Positions 11,901 to 24,112 of a DNA stretch of 38,322 nucleotides are shown piece after piece. The position numbers were made by a program, and so were the translations under genes. Within the stretch, counting starts at the first letter, position 1; the number at the start of each line of letters is the position of its first letter. The stretch is taken from the sequence record DRR378314_2733. The stretch is one strand, 5' to 3'. Under the pieces are notes generated by a model, which saw only the letters and a list, made by a program, of their open reading frames with translations, searched no databases and was not told the DNA's origin.

Positions 11901-12784
11901 CGATGAGGCAACAGTGCAATGCTAAGTTGTCGCATATTTCTCCCGGAGATAGTTGCCAGTTTTACCCCGCTATGGGAAAAGCGATCACGGTTCTTTGAAC
12001 CCTCAAGTAGCGATGTTGTTCAAAGAAGAGCGGTGCTCGGGACTGTGAAAGGCAAGAGACGAACGAAAGCGCACCACGTGCTCCTGCGGTTTTCCGCATT
12101 TGCGCCGCTTGTTCCACAGGTTGCGCAAGGAAGCAATACTGATCCGTGTTGTGAGGTCGCCTTTCCAGGCATGTTTCGTTTGTTTTCCCGGTTGCGGCTT
12201 ATCCCTACGCGCTTCCGTATCGTCCTTTCGTGCGTGCTTAACGGGTCTGGCTCGGTGTCGCAGGAATCATCCTCATCGGTGAAATCGGTGGCCAGGCCGA
12301 GGAAGAGGCGGCAGCGTTTTTGAAGGAGCACAACACTGCAAAGAAACCCGTCGTGTCGTTCATTGCCGGGCTCACTGCTCCCCCTGGCCGTCGTATGGGT
12401 ACGCTCGCTTGCCGGCGCATGTAGCACGTCGTTGCATAACATTCATTTTTTGATGTATTCGTGTAGTTCACGAGCGCTAGCAGTCACCGGATGCAGCTGC
12501 GTGAGATCGGGAGTACTGCGTAGCGTTGAGAGAATGAGCCACCGCGGTTTGCCCTCCACTTCACCTCGTTGGACGTGGTTCTGATACCGGATATTTCCTG
12601 GTCCCTTTGCTGATATCGATACGATTGCGATGCAGGCCACGCTGGTGCCATCATTGCCGGTGGAAAGGGTGGCGCAAAAGAGAAGATTGCTGCGCTTCAG
12701 GACGCAGGCGTGCGTGTTGTTGACAGCCCAGCGAAGATTGGCGCTGCAATGCTCGAGGAGATGAAGAAGGCAGGTCTTGCATAG
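8994..12784 (+). CDS. SUCLG1: Mitochondrial succinyl-CoA ligase alpha subunit (311 aa, 5 exons)
   Basis: Exons 8994-9017 (MLRTLGSA, inferred presequence exon, GTGCGT donor), 10599-10676, 11288-11837, 12264-12398, 12636-12784 total 936 nt. Motifs [39 protein letters not shown] and phospho-His loop GRRMGHAGAI. Confidence 0.95.
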
Positions 12785-13373
12785 ACGGCCCCCCGCTCTC
12801 AGTCATTCGCGGCGTGTCGCGCACGTCGATAGTGATAAGTGTTCTTTTTTTCGCTGACTCGCATATACATGGCTTCCCCTGCTCCGAATATCACCAGCGC
12901 TGCAGCACGCAGCGGTGCCGTTTGCGCGGGCAGATAGGGTCCCGTTCCCTTGTCTCCCATCAGTTTCCCTGAGCCCTACATCGCGAGCTAACACGAGCGC
13001 CGCCTTCCGCTCGTCGCGCGCCGCTGCGCCACTCCGTCTGGGCGCTTCCATTCGCAACGCATGCCGCGCGCTTGCTTCTTTCTTCGTTCTGTTCCACAGT
13101 GAAACAGTCATATTCTCCAGCTGAGTGAGCGTGTTGGCGCAACGCGTGGCGCACAAATTTCTCTTCTCGAAAGGTGAAGAAGCAGCGCGCGCGGCGGTCG
13201 AACCACTTCCAGCAGCGCGCTGCAGGCGCTACCAGCGTGCCTCAGCACCCTCGGTGTCGGCAGCGCACGCGCGCCCGCGTCCTCCGGCTGGCATTGAAGC
13301 AACCGCGGTGTAGGAAATTTGTCTTCTGTGTGCATTTCCTTCCCTTTCTGTGACGGCAGCTTGCGCTTTGACC

Positions 13374-14747
13374 ATGTCAGATGTATCGGTCAATGGTGCA
13401 AAGCAGCTGCCTGGCACGGGGGAAAGCAGCAGCTGCGGCGGAGTTGCGGCTGTTTCGCTTTCATCGTCCACTTTGGTGAGCGCACAGGTAACGACACTGT
13501 GCGACAACGACATAGAAGGGAAAGACGCCAAAGTGCATGGTGATGAGCAAGACGCACGTATTATTACCGAAGAGGATCTTGCAGTTTTTTCGTGCGGTGT
13601 GGCCGGTGGGGAAGCGCAGGCGGCCACCGAAGCAAGTTGCAGGAAGCAGGGTGAGGAAGAGGCGTCGACCGAGACGTCGGCTCCGCGCAGCGAGAGCGCG
13701 CAGCCGAACGCGCACCGTGGGAACGCCGAGGATCAGAGCGACAGCAATGTCACAGTTTTAGTTGACGAGCTTGCTGTACTTGGGCTTGACGAGGTTTCGA
13801 CAGCTGTGAAACCTGCGAAGCGCTTGCAAAAGCCTCGCGTTCCGCGGTGCCTGCAGACGAGCGGAATTCGGGAGGCGAGCGCGGTCGGTATGGGCGCAGC
13901 GTTACGCGAAGGCCGCTTCCGCCGCATTGTTGTCCTGGCAGGCGCGGGTATGAGCGTTGCCGCTGGTTTACCGGACTTTCGGTCGCCTGGAACTGGACTA
14001 TACGACAATCTCCAAGCGTATGACTTACCCGACGGAGACCCGACAGCTGTGTTCGACCTCGGATTCTTCCTAGAGAACCCGCAGCCGTTTTACACTTTGG
14101 CAAGGGATTTGTATCCTGGAAACTACTCGCCCACTCGAGCGCATTTTTTCATTCGGCTTCTACAAGAAAAGGGACTACTGCTACGCCACTATACACAAAA
14201 CATTGATTGCCTTGAGCGTCTGGCCGGCGTCCGCGATGAGCTTCTCGTTGAAGCGCACGGTTCTTTTGCTACTGCGCGGTGCGTGACTTGCAAAGAACCA
14301 GCAGTGCCAGACACGGTCCGTTCCTGCGTATTTGAGAGTCGCGTTCCCGAGTGCGGCGTCTGCGCAGGCTTCGTCAAGCCTGATATTGTTTTCTTCGGTG
14401 AAGATCTGCCGGAAAAGTTTTACCGTCTTTGCCGCCGCGACCTGCGACGGGCCGACTTGGTGATCATCATTGGGACATCTCTTACGGTGTTTCCTTTTGC
14501 CGGACTCATCGATTATTGTGGTTCTGCAACACCGCGCCTGCTCATTAATCGCGAGGCGGTGTGTGGATATGGGACGCGAAGCCCGCTTGTGTACGATAAG
14601 CCGCAGAACTCGCGCGATATGTTTTTCCAAGGGGACTGCGACGCTGTGGTGAATGAAATTGCCCAGGAAGCTGGGTGGCTGGCCGAGCTGGATGAGCTCC
14701 ATCGCAACGCTATGGACAGCCACGAGAGCGAGGCCGCGAGTGAATAG
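13374..14747 (+). CDS. SIRT2: Class I NAD-dependent deacetylase sirtuin, SIRT2/Hst2-like, with long acidic N-terminal extension (457 aa, uninterrupted ORF)
   Basis: GAGMSVAAGLPDFRSPGTGLYDNL, YTQNID, EAHGSF, two CxxC zinc ligand pairs, VKPDIVFFGE, GTSL, LINRE, GDCD. Confidence 0.92.
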   Translation: MSDVSVNGAKQLPGTGESSSCGGVAAVSLSSSTLVSAQVTTLCDNDIEGKDAKVHGDEQDARIITEEDLAVFSCGVAGGEAQAATEASCRKQGEEEASTETSAPRSESAQPNAHRGNAEDQSDSNVTVLVDELAVLGLDEVSTAVKPAKRLQKPRVPRCLQTSGIREASAVGMGAALREGRFRRIVVLAGAGMSVAAGLPDFRSPGTGLYDNLQAYDLPDGDPTAVFDLGFFLENPQPFYTLARDLYPGNYSPTRAHFFIRLLQEKGLLLRHYTQNIDCLERLAGVRDELLVEAHGSFATARCVTCKEPAVPDTVRSCVFESRVPECGVCAGFVKPDIVFFGEDLPEKFYRLCRRDLRRADLVIIIGTSLTVFPFAGLIDYCGSATPRLLINREAVCGYGTRSPLVYDKPQNSRDMFFQGDCDAVVNEIAQEAGWLAELDELHRNAMDSHESEAASE

Positions 14748-15433
14748 CGCTCGCTGCTGATACCAACGGGAGCGATGTGTGCCGTACTGCGCAAATACAG
14801 GAATTGTGCCCCGCATATGTGCAATGTTCCGCTCCTCGTAATGTACTAGTGAAAAAAAGGATGCCTGAACAGTGCAGCCGGAAGGCTCTTGAGCAGCTCG
14901 TTCCCATCTGATAGGTGAGAAAAGTCTCCCTCGCGTGCGTAGCCCGAAGCAGGTCATAGCACCTGGTGCTGGCTCGGGATCAACTACGGATGTAGCTAGC
15001 TTTCATAAAGAGTGTAAGAAAGAGCACACAGTAGGGCTGGCCAGAGCAGAACGAGAGGGAAGGAGCCACGTACGCTTGCGCTCTGCCAGGACGCGGCCAC
15101 CCCGGTGGAATGCAGAGCGATTCGGCATGGGCTATTTCGTTCTTTTGAACGCTGAGGGGCGAAGTAGTCGGCGTGAAACACTGATTCTTATGTTGCAGTG
15201 AAACCCCCCCATCCCCACGTTCTGAAAATCGAAGGTTTCTATGTGGTGTTGATGGTAGTGTTGCAAATGTGGCATTTATCTACCAACAATGTTGAAGTCT
15301 TCCAGTGGCTCGTTTCAATGCGCAAGGCATCCCATTGTGTGCGTTTCATGTGGAAGGACACAAGGGCGGCATTGACTGCAGAATTGAGTCGTTTCCCTTC
15401 CCTCCCCGCCTCTTCACAAGTTTTTTCACACAC

Positions 15434-16760
15434 TCAATCCATATAGATGCCAAACACGGTGCACGCGGCTAAGAGACCGTCCTGTACCGCAGCAGCAAGC
15501 AGAACCGGATAGACGCCAGTGTCGATGAGCGTTGCTGGCACGCGGCTGTCAGCCCTTTGCTCGAGTGCCGGGTCAGGCAATACGGCAACCCGGGAATTGC
15601 TGGTGGTGACTTTCAAGGACACTCGTACGCAACAGAATGCGATCAAAGCAACGCACCCGAATGTAGCTTGCTGAAGCATAGTTGTCGAGTTTCGGGTCCC
15701 AAAGACAGCGCGATGCAGTGCGGATTCCTTGTCCCAAGTACTGTCCGACACTCGTTTGCACGACAATTTTGTATTGCTTGTACCCGAGCTCTGCGCGATG
15801 TCAAGACCGCGGAACGGTACGAACACTTTCATTCAGATCTGTCCCCTACGAAGGAGAGTATCACAACAAGGCTCCAGAGATAGTTTGTGCAGATGCTTCT
15901 GATGCGCTACTTGACTATCGCTGTGGAATACAGCGGGCGCCTCCCGGAAGCTATGTACTATCACTGAACGAGAGCGCACTTCTTGCAACTACCCGGAAAG
16001 TGAAGGGGAAACGCACTTTTTACGCCTTCGCGCACGCTTTGGCTGATTCGCTGTGACATCGCAGTTGCGTCGGATGCACTGTACTCTTTCCCTTTGCATT
16101 CTTCTTGGAGTACTTGGTTAATCACGTTATTAACGACAGATGGGTGGAACCTGCATGGTTGTGAGGTGGAGATGGGGACGAACAATTAGGTCACGCGTAC
16201 GCGTCGGCGTGAGGTACGCCTGGACGACGTGCATCTTGTACCGTGCGGCGCAACAAATGTCCGCTCACAAGCCTAGCTGATGGAATAACCGTCAAGTGTA
16301 CGTGTAGAGAAGAAATGATGATATTCTAACAGAAATGACTTCTACGCACACGTTCATATGCCGATTTCCAGAAAGGGAAAATCGCGAGACGCAAAGCTGC
16401 GCTCAGCAGGTCGAGGTGCCTCTGCCGCCACCTTGCAACCATCATAGATGGAAAGCGCTTCCATAGTAGAGTGATGACTATGAACGACCCTTTTTGGCTT
16501 TCTCGCTGTACAGAGAAATTGGTTTGATATCCATTGCATTCCGCTTACTGTTTCACAGTCGTGGCTGTGGTGGATTCGAATGCTTCTGGAAATGTCGACG
16601 TCGTAATACCAACCTCGGCGTCCCGCTGCGAGTGCTCTCCCCTCGTCAGACCCCAGTGCAGCACTGCGCAGTGTAGCTTGCACGCGTACCTTTCCTCCGG
16701 AAGCGGCTCCAAACGATATGTGCGCTCATGAAGCGAGTTTGTTTGCTCGAGAGTGTCCAT
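15434..16760 (-). CDS. Tctex-1 family dynein light chain, Tctex2/TCTEX1D-type (128 aa, 4 exons)
   Basis: Exons 16760-16690, 16150-16017, 15790-15657, 15481-15434 total 387 nt: TYRLEP...RFHPSVV...VLQEE..GKEYS...YKIVVQTSVGQ..GQGIRTASRCLWDPKLDNYASASY...CTVFGIY. Confidence 0.9.
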
Positions 16761-17590
16761 GAGAATCCCGTTCCCTCTTCAACGCCTGGCGCTGTGACAG
16801 ACCGATTTTCGGTGTGGCTGCTACGAAGGAGGTGTCGACGCCCTTGGGTCGCGCGTCCTACAAGCACAGACAAACTGTTTGTTTGCCTTTGCGCGCATAT
16901 TCAGACGAAGCCCGGTCGCCAGCAGAACGTAAGAGAGGAAGCAACACTGCCGGGGCGTGCTGCGAAATAAGGTCCGGGTCAAAGATTGCTGCCAGGTTCT
17001 CTCGTTTGCTTCGCGCTGCAGTCTTCCGCTTCAGGTAGCAAGCCACACATACTATTTTGCGAGAATTTACATGCCCACAGATTGCTGCCTGCGTACGTTG
17101 CCCGTACTTGTGTCTCCAAGGTCGATAAAGCACACGCGGTGATAGGATTTGACCGTCGCGCAGGGGATGGGGCGGGAGTGTTCGCAGTAGCGACAGCGAG
17201 AGACGTGAGTTGGCAGAGGGCAGGCGAGCATCGTTGGCGATTGGGCGGAGCGCTGGCAATCGGTTCGCGAGAAAGGGTCAGGGAGAGCATGCTGTAGGCT
17301 GATCACGCCAACGGACATTCGCGGCTGCTGCGGCGGCGGGAAGGCGGTCCGTGCCTGCCTCTGGCGCACGCTGCCTGGCGAATCACTGGGTTCTGTACGC
17401 GCGCACAGTCGAGGCCGTCGAATACGTCGTCTCAGTGTCCTTACCAAAGCTCACAAGCGAATCTCTGTGCAGTGCGTGTGCTCTAATTGGAGACCGGAAC
17501 GACGAACGGGCCCGTGAGTGGATTTGCCAAACGGTCACCCTGGATCAAACGCTGCTCTTCCCCAATTGTACTACGAGCGGTTTTCCTGCC
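16761..17590. promoter_or_regulatory. Putative bidirectional promoter between Tctex light chain and LRR gene
   Basis: 830-bp divergent spacer containing a likely minus-strand 5'UTR intron (GTATGT at 17052 to TAG at 16858) and a direct repeat AGATTGCTGCC (~16983 and ~17079). Confidence 0.5.
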
Positions 17591-19770
17591 ATGGATTGTC
17601 CACGCGAGGAACATTCCCTTGCAAATGGGGAGAATGATTTGACGGAGCAAGATGCTGTTGTGCAACGGGAGACCTCATCGCTGACGCTCGAAGTCGCCCG
17701 GAGCGGCCTCGCATCACTCGGGCGATCTCCCGACGGCCAGAGCTATGTATACCAGGCTCTCGCTATACCTGTACGTGTGCGTGAAAGGAATCAACGCTGA
17801 CATGCGTTGTATGCATTCCTTCTGTGCTGTAAAATTGCATCACCATAGCACGGTCTCTGCACGGTACTGCAGGAATTCTGCGGATATAGAGCACAACGCA
17901 CTGCCGACTGTGCTTCCGGAACAGCACTCGGTTGCTGCTTTCCTCCTTTGCGCTCCAAAACCAGCACAGAACACCTTCATTTCTCCTTTCAAAGATGAAA
18001 CAGCAATGTCTTTCGCAGTGCACATGAAAAGACCTGAAAGTACCACAATAAATCGATTATTGACGGGTGCGTAGCTGTATGCCGAAGGAAAAGCAACGTG
18101 CGCGGGGCCCACGTAGTATAAATGGCGCAGACGCTGCTTTCTTGCGGCAAGAGTCACCTTTCGCAAAGGGGCTTCATACCCCTCAATTCTGATCTTGGGC
18201 TTGCGTTTTTCTCGCAGGACTGCGGAGTAACAAACATTGAATGTATTGCTCGATTTCCTTTTGTTCAAAGGGTTAATGTGTCGTGGAATCGCGTTCGAAG
18301 TCTCGCTCCGCTTGCGGCGCTGCGTTCCATGATTTCTCTCGACGCTTCGCACAACGAGCTCGATGATGCTGGAGCCACGTTTTCGCCACCCGAGAATTTG
18401 CGTACTCTCTCCGTTGCTTCTAACAGGATACAATCTCTAACTTGTGTGATACATCATGTATTCTTAGAACAACTGATCGTCGATAATAATGAAATCGGCG
18501 ATATCTCCCCGATATCCTCGCTCCGTTATCTCAAGGTGCGAGCATGTGAGGCGGCTCGCTGCGTGCGGTCGTCGCACGTGCCTCCTCGGGGGTGCCAGGG
18601 CAGAACGAGCATCGCACGAGTTCCTGCCTCGTTCCGTTTCTGAGTACGGCTTACTCTTTCGGCTCCCAATTGATTCAAATGATATTCATCTCACAATATG
18701 TTAAACACGTGAGCGTATCCCTGCTCAGGAATCACGGGAGAACAAGGAGCTCCGTGCGTGCGTCGCAGTCCTAGAGTAGGTTCTTTTTGCGCGTCCTGCG
18801 TCGTCACTCTTTGAACAAGTGCAAAGAACCCCGATCATAAAACAAAAGCACGATGTCTTTTCCTCTTGTATTGTTCCATTGTATTCACATATAATTTTAC
18901 GTGACGATCAATGATCGAGAAGTGCGTGCCAGAGAAACGTGACATTTATCAATTGGATAGTTTGCGCAGTCGCTTCACTCGCTGGTTGACACAGCCTGTC
19001 AACGGTGGCCCCTGAAAAAGATGACCCGGTTTTCAGATTTGTCGAGCATGAACTTTGTGTACGTTCCGCATGCGTACTACGATTTCCGTTTTTTGACCAC
19101 TTTCGTTTCTTTCCGCGTTGCTCCTCATTTCATATTATCAACATGACGCACTTTGCAGGAACTTTCCATCGCAGAAAATCACCTGACTACATTGGAAGGG
19201 ATCGGGAGTGTGCCTCTAAGATCTCTCAATGTGTCGGCGAATCGCCTGACTTGCTTGGACGGCGTGCATGGACTGCGGCTGCTTGAGTCTTTGAATGCAA
19301 GTCAAAATCAAATTATATCCTTGGCAAATCTTCGGGGTCGCGCCCACCCTGTACTTCGCACACTTCTGCTGCAAGGAAACAAGATCCTGTCGGTGCGCGA
19401 GGTAGACCATTTGGCATTTTTGCGTGCCTTGCGAGAGCTACTACTGGAAAGTAATCCCTTGATGCTGCATAACACGCCAGATGCGAAAGATAATGGAGCG
19501 GATGTGGGAGAAGAAGGGTATTTTGACATTGATGATGATGAAAACGGCGGTGACGAGCCGTGCGCTTCCCGGCGGGGATGGACGCCACGCTGTGGGATCA
19601 TCTTCCGACTGCCGCAGCTGACTTGGTTAAACGAAGAGACCGTTACCGCCGAAGAAAAAGTGCACGCCGAAAATGTACATCACGACACACATCAGCGTTT
19701 CAAAAATGCCGAAGAATACCTTGAATGGCTCCGCGAAGGACCAGTCGGATCAGAGCAGGATGCGTCGTAA
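17591..19770 (+). CDS. SDS22-type LRR protein resembling the LRR region of LRGUK (LRRC23-related), 369 aa, 3 exons
   Basis: Exons 17591-17770, 18218-18535, 19159-19770, all phase 0. Repeated LxLxxNxI/L units, N-cap 'GLASLGRSPDGQSYVY', 'FSPPENLR' and LRRcap 'IIFRLPQLTWLNEETVTAEEKVHAEN'. Confidence 0.8.
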
Positions 19771-20315
19771 GCCTATAGGCGGCGGCGCACGCAGCGAGGC
19801 GCAAGAATTCGCGAAGTATTGCGTGGTACGTTGCGAGAACGCGCGACCAGTTGAATTGAGCTGGCAGCATGTCACGTGTACGGTGTCTTCGGATTAAATG
19901 CGATAGCTATACGAAGTGTGAAACCAGTCATTGGACTGCATGTCAACGTTTGGCGCATATAGGGGAGAAATGTCTACGAAGTTGTTCTCACTGTGATAGA
20001 AGTGCGAAGCATGCGCTTGCTGCCTTGGCTTAGCGCTGTCTGCCGTTCGTTTCCCAACTTGCGCAGAATTCCTGAAAGGCGATGGTCTGACATCGAGTTG
20101 TGAGAGATTCTATTCCGAAAATATAAGAATCAAAATTGAGGAAGATGTGATGTATGCCACAAGCTTGGATTTTTGCTGTTGACTTAATTTCGTCGAGGTC
20201 GTCGGGGATTTGTGTGTTGGTTGCTCTGGAAGCTGACGCGGAGACAGTGTGCGGGCATCTTCCTTTAGAAGATTCCCACGGCCATAAACTGGCACAATAA
20301 GGGGTTCACACGTTG

Positions 20316-20353
20316 AATAAAGAATAAATTGATTTTTACAGTGCAAGTTTATT
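20316..20353. terminator. Candidate convergent polyadenylation zone
   Basis: AATAAA twice on + (20316, 20323) and once on - (20353-20348) in an AT-rich patch between the convergent LRR and CCDC77 genes. Use of AATAAA in this organism is assumed. Confidence 0.3.
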
Positions 20354-20542
20354 TACCCTATTATAGTTGTACTACTGGAAGAAGTGGATGGAGGCAGGGA
20401 CTGGCTGGAGATTCAGGCGAACGTTCCGCTGCGCGGGGACTGGCGGTCTCTTCCCGGAGTTGCATCTGAACGGGCCTTTGGTCCTTTCCGGCTCTGCTTT
20501 CTGTATTTGTACATTCTCTCTGTGGCGGTTAAACGAATTTTC

Positions 20543-23500
20543 CTATCCGTTCCGGAGTCGCGTGTTTCGAATACTGTCTTCGCGATTTGATACTTGCTGC
20601 TCGATCTCTTCGAGGCGCCGCCGGAGTTCGTCGAGGTTTGGCCGCGCGGAGCGGGCTGCCTCTGTGCTTCCGCTTTCGGGAGCGGCTCCTGCACTTCGGG
20701 GACGTCGCTTGCTCGTCCGCCGGTCCCGCTTCTGCCCACCCATCGCGTGTACTGCGCGAGGAGAAAGACTGCGGTTTGGAAGAGACTCGGTTTCGGGTGA
20801 AGAAAGGGTGAAGCGTGCAAGTTCGCGCCTGCAATTGGCGAGTGCACGTAACTGCGTCGTGAGAGCTTGCACGACGACTGGCCGCACAGTCGTATTCACT
20901 CTTGCTGTCCCCTTCGCATGCCAAGAGTGCCATCGCTTTAGTGAGAGACTGCGTCATTGAGGGAGCCTGAGCGGTAGTTACCTTGCACATATGTGCATTG
21001 CAGGATCAATGAAACCAGAGTGAGAGATGCGCTGGTGATACGCGCAAGCTCACCGCTGTGGCAGACACCAAGAACTCCTAGGGTGCTGTATCGCGCGAGA
21101 ACGACCAGCAATAAAGACCCGATTCTAATTTCACACGTGCATGCTACATCGTATAATCTGCCATTACTGTTATGCATTGTGCGTTGCTTGCGGTAAAGCA
21201 AGAGGGGACAAAAAGGCAGGAAAGTTGCCGCGTCCCGGAGGAGGGGAAGGTGCGCGACGTGTGGGCCTAGAGCATATGCTGCAGTCTCTGAATCTGTGCG
21301 AGTCTACTTCACCTCTGACGCTGTGGAGGCGCACGGAAATATCTGTACGTACTTTAGCTGAGAAATATCGTAAGAGAATCCCTCCAGCTCCCAAACTCGT
21401 CGTTGCTCGCACTTTCGCAGTTTACCACGAAGAGACTTTATGGTCTTCTCGCATTCCTATGATTTGGTTTCCGACGGCGATAGCGGTCCATTTTCCGCAA
21501 AGTAAGAAGAATGTTTGCACTGCGGTACATTGTGCGCGGCGCTGACCGATTCCCTGTTTTCGAGGCTCTGCAGTCGCATCTGTTTTCACTAATTTCATAT
21601 GGGGTAGATGCCTTGCGCGGCTGCAGCACCTTGTGTGCAAGTGCAGAGTGCCTGCATACGAATGGCACGACGGGTGCGATGGTCCCACAAAGGACTCTAG
21701 ATGGGACTCTTTTCCTCTCTCTTGCATTGTTCAACATTCAAGCGGGAAAAATGCCGTACCCACGACGCGAATAATTTATGCATGTTTCTTAGGTCGGACT
21801 TTAAGCTTTCGTGACGCGCGTGCTGTTTCGCCATACACGGAAACTTGCCTTGATTCGCTCCATTGCTCTTTCGTTCAGGTTGCGGAGAGCAAACTCTTCC
21901 TCCTGATGGCCCCGTATTTGCGCGCGCAAATGGTCTTGCAGGTCTTCGAAGCGCTTCTCGGATGCCTTGATTAGCGCCTGATGGCAGGTAAGAGATTTGC
22001 GCACGCGTATATTGTACCGTATATACCACCTTATGTTACTATGCGCCCGCTCCACCCTCAAAGAAACGGGACGTCGTCAAAGGATTAGCTGCACGAGAGG
22101 GTGCACAGAGAACGTGGAATTTTGGATGGGGTCGGAGTGCAAACTGGAGACGAAGGTTGCGTGCTCGAATTGGAAACGGGCGCTTCCGCGCGGATTGCGT
22201 TTTTTTTTTTTTGTTTGTGCAGTATGGACTCACTACTCGATTCACAGTATACCTTGGCATTTTCGGCCGTGTTTTGTTTCAGAAGTTTCATTGCATGTTG
22301 CGTAGCGTTCTCATGCTCGGTGGCGTGATGGGCCTTTTCCGCGAGCGCGCGTGTCGACTGGGCATGCTGATGTCGCTCGAGAATTATATCCCGCGCCTGA
22401 CTGCGAATACGGTCGTGTGCCTCTTTGAGCTTCTCGGTGAGCTCTTTGATTCGTTCGCTGCAGTTTTCAAATACAACAAGATATACAGAGAGACAGAGAT
22501 AGACGGAGAGAGATGGATACGTATTGCGTATGCCACAGATTATTACATGTAGTACTTCAACAAGCTGTTGTTGCTAAGGACACGCGCATTTGTCCTGACG
22601 TAGGAGCTGCACGCGGTGCTGAGTGGATGCGCGCATACGCATGGAATAGAACCGAATTCAATTTTGTAATCGCATCTCGCTTTGAAAATATAGCTAGCCG
22701 AACAGTGCAAGGAGCCAACCAATCAGGAAATGATGCGGAGACTGGTGGTTGGACGGGCCGAAACGAAAGGACACCGCGCTGCTTTCCTGCCATAATGGAC
22801 TCCTCGTGCTGCCGCCTGGCTACTAGGGGAGTGCTCCGTACGAAACGTTCTCAGACACTTCGTAGCGTGTAGAGTGAACGGAACAGGCAAAAAAAGTTTC
22901 TCAATTTCGCGCAAAGCCGTTTCTTAGCTGTCATACGGAATTAATGAGCTACTTTTGTGAAATTGTCTCTGTCTCGCCGTGAAACGAGGCAGCGGAGAAT
23001 GCTTCGTGCTCGCACAGCGCGCTGCCGCACGACCCCTAACCACATTTGTCGAATATAGATCTCGCACAGGGATTCGCCACTCATGTTGCGGGCAACTCGC
23101 GCCAGGAATGGAGAATCGGTCGTACTATGTTTTCTTTATCTGAGGCGAAAGCTAGCATGCTCTGATTCTTACAAAGGCATTGCAGCAGAAAGGCAGCGGT
23201 GGTGGCGTGTACGGTTTCGATAGTAGTGATTGTGCACAGGTTTTGCAGCACGCTGCAACCGTCTCTCTCCAGAGCACGGTTTCGCGCGAGAACGAAGAAA
23301 TCGTCGTACCCATCTTCCTCGGCCCTGAGAGTTTCCGCAAGCGAGCGTTTCCGTAGCGCAGTTTCCAACGCTTCGCGGTGCACCCGTGCCTGCTTTCGTT
23401 CTTCCTCGATCTGCATCTGGAGTGCGTCTACTTGCAGTTCCAGCGCTTCAGTCCGCTCGCTGGGAAGAAACACAGTTCGCAGAACACGTCCCTGGCGCTG

Positions 23501-24112
23501 CTCTCCTGGAATTGCGGCCGTGAAAGAGCTCCTGTCGTGCTCTTTGGCATGCTGCAGCTTTTGCGTGATAGGCTGTGATGATTTTTGGGACCTCCCCACC
23601 GCAAGCTTTGGAGGATTTCCTCTCTCGTACGTCACTGTCTCATTGTTAGGAGCGACTAATGCAAGGAGGTGCGCGATTCGCTGTCGGTCTTCGAGCTCGC
23701 GAACGCGCAACTGACTAGTCTCGGCTGCTGCTGCTTGCGCTGCCTCGCGCTGCTGATGGACGTCCAGGCGCGCGCTTTCGAGCTCGTTCTGTGCAGCGCG
23801 CAGGTCATCCGTTCGCCTTTGCAGCTCTACACGAAGAAAATGCACTTCCGCGCGCGAGGCTTCACACGCATCCACTCGGTCGGCTGCATGACGCAACTCG
23901 TGCTCCAATTCCTGGATGCGCTCTTTGTAGAAGCCGAGTAGTTCTGCACTGGAGACGGCGTCGTGTTCTGCTGCGGCGTATCGGGCGCGCGCGCCTTGGT
24001 CGCTGCGCTGTTCCGCCGCGCGCTGATCCTTTTCACGTGGGCTACCTGTGCAATCCGCGTGCGTACTGTCTTGCCCTGCTATGTCTCTGTTTTCTGCCAC
24101 CACTGTAGTCAT
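20543..24112 (-). CDS. CCDC77: Coiled-coil domain-containing protein 77 homolog (~508 aa, 5 exons)
   Basis: Exons 24112-23310, 22457-22253, 21977-21849, 21456-21353, 20828-20543 join in phase. Signatures 'SAELLGFYKERI', 'LRVRELEDRQRIAHLLALV...VTY' and 'EQRRVWELEGFSYDISQLK'. Confidence 0.85.

Noticed and set aside
12784-14747. Succinyl-CoA ligase next to a sirtuin as a desuccinylation module
   Set aside because: The sirtuin has class I (SIRT2-like) motifs rather than SIRT5-type features.
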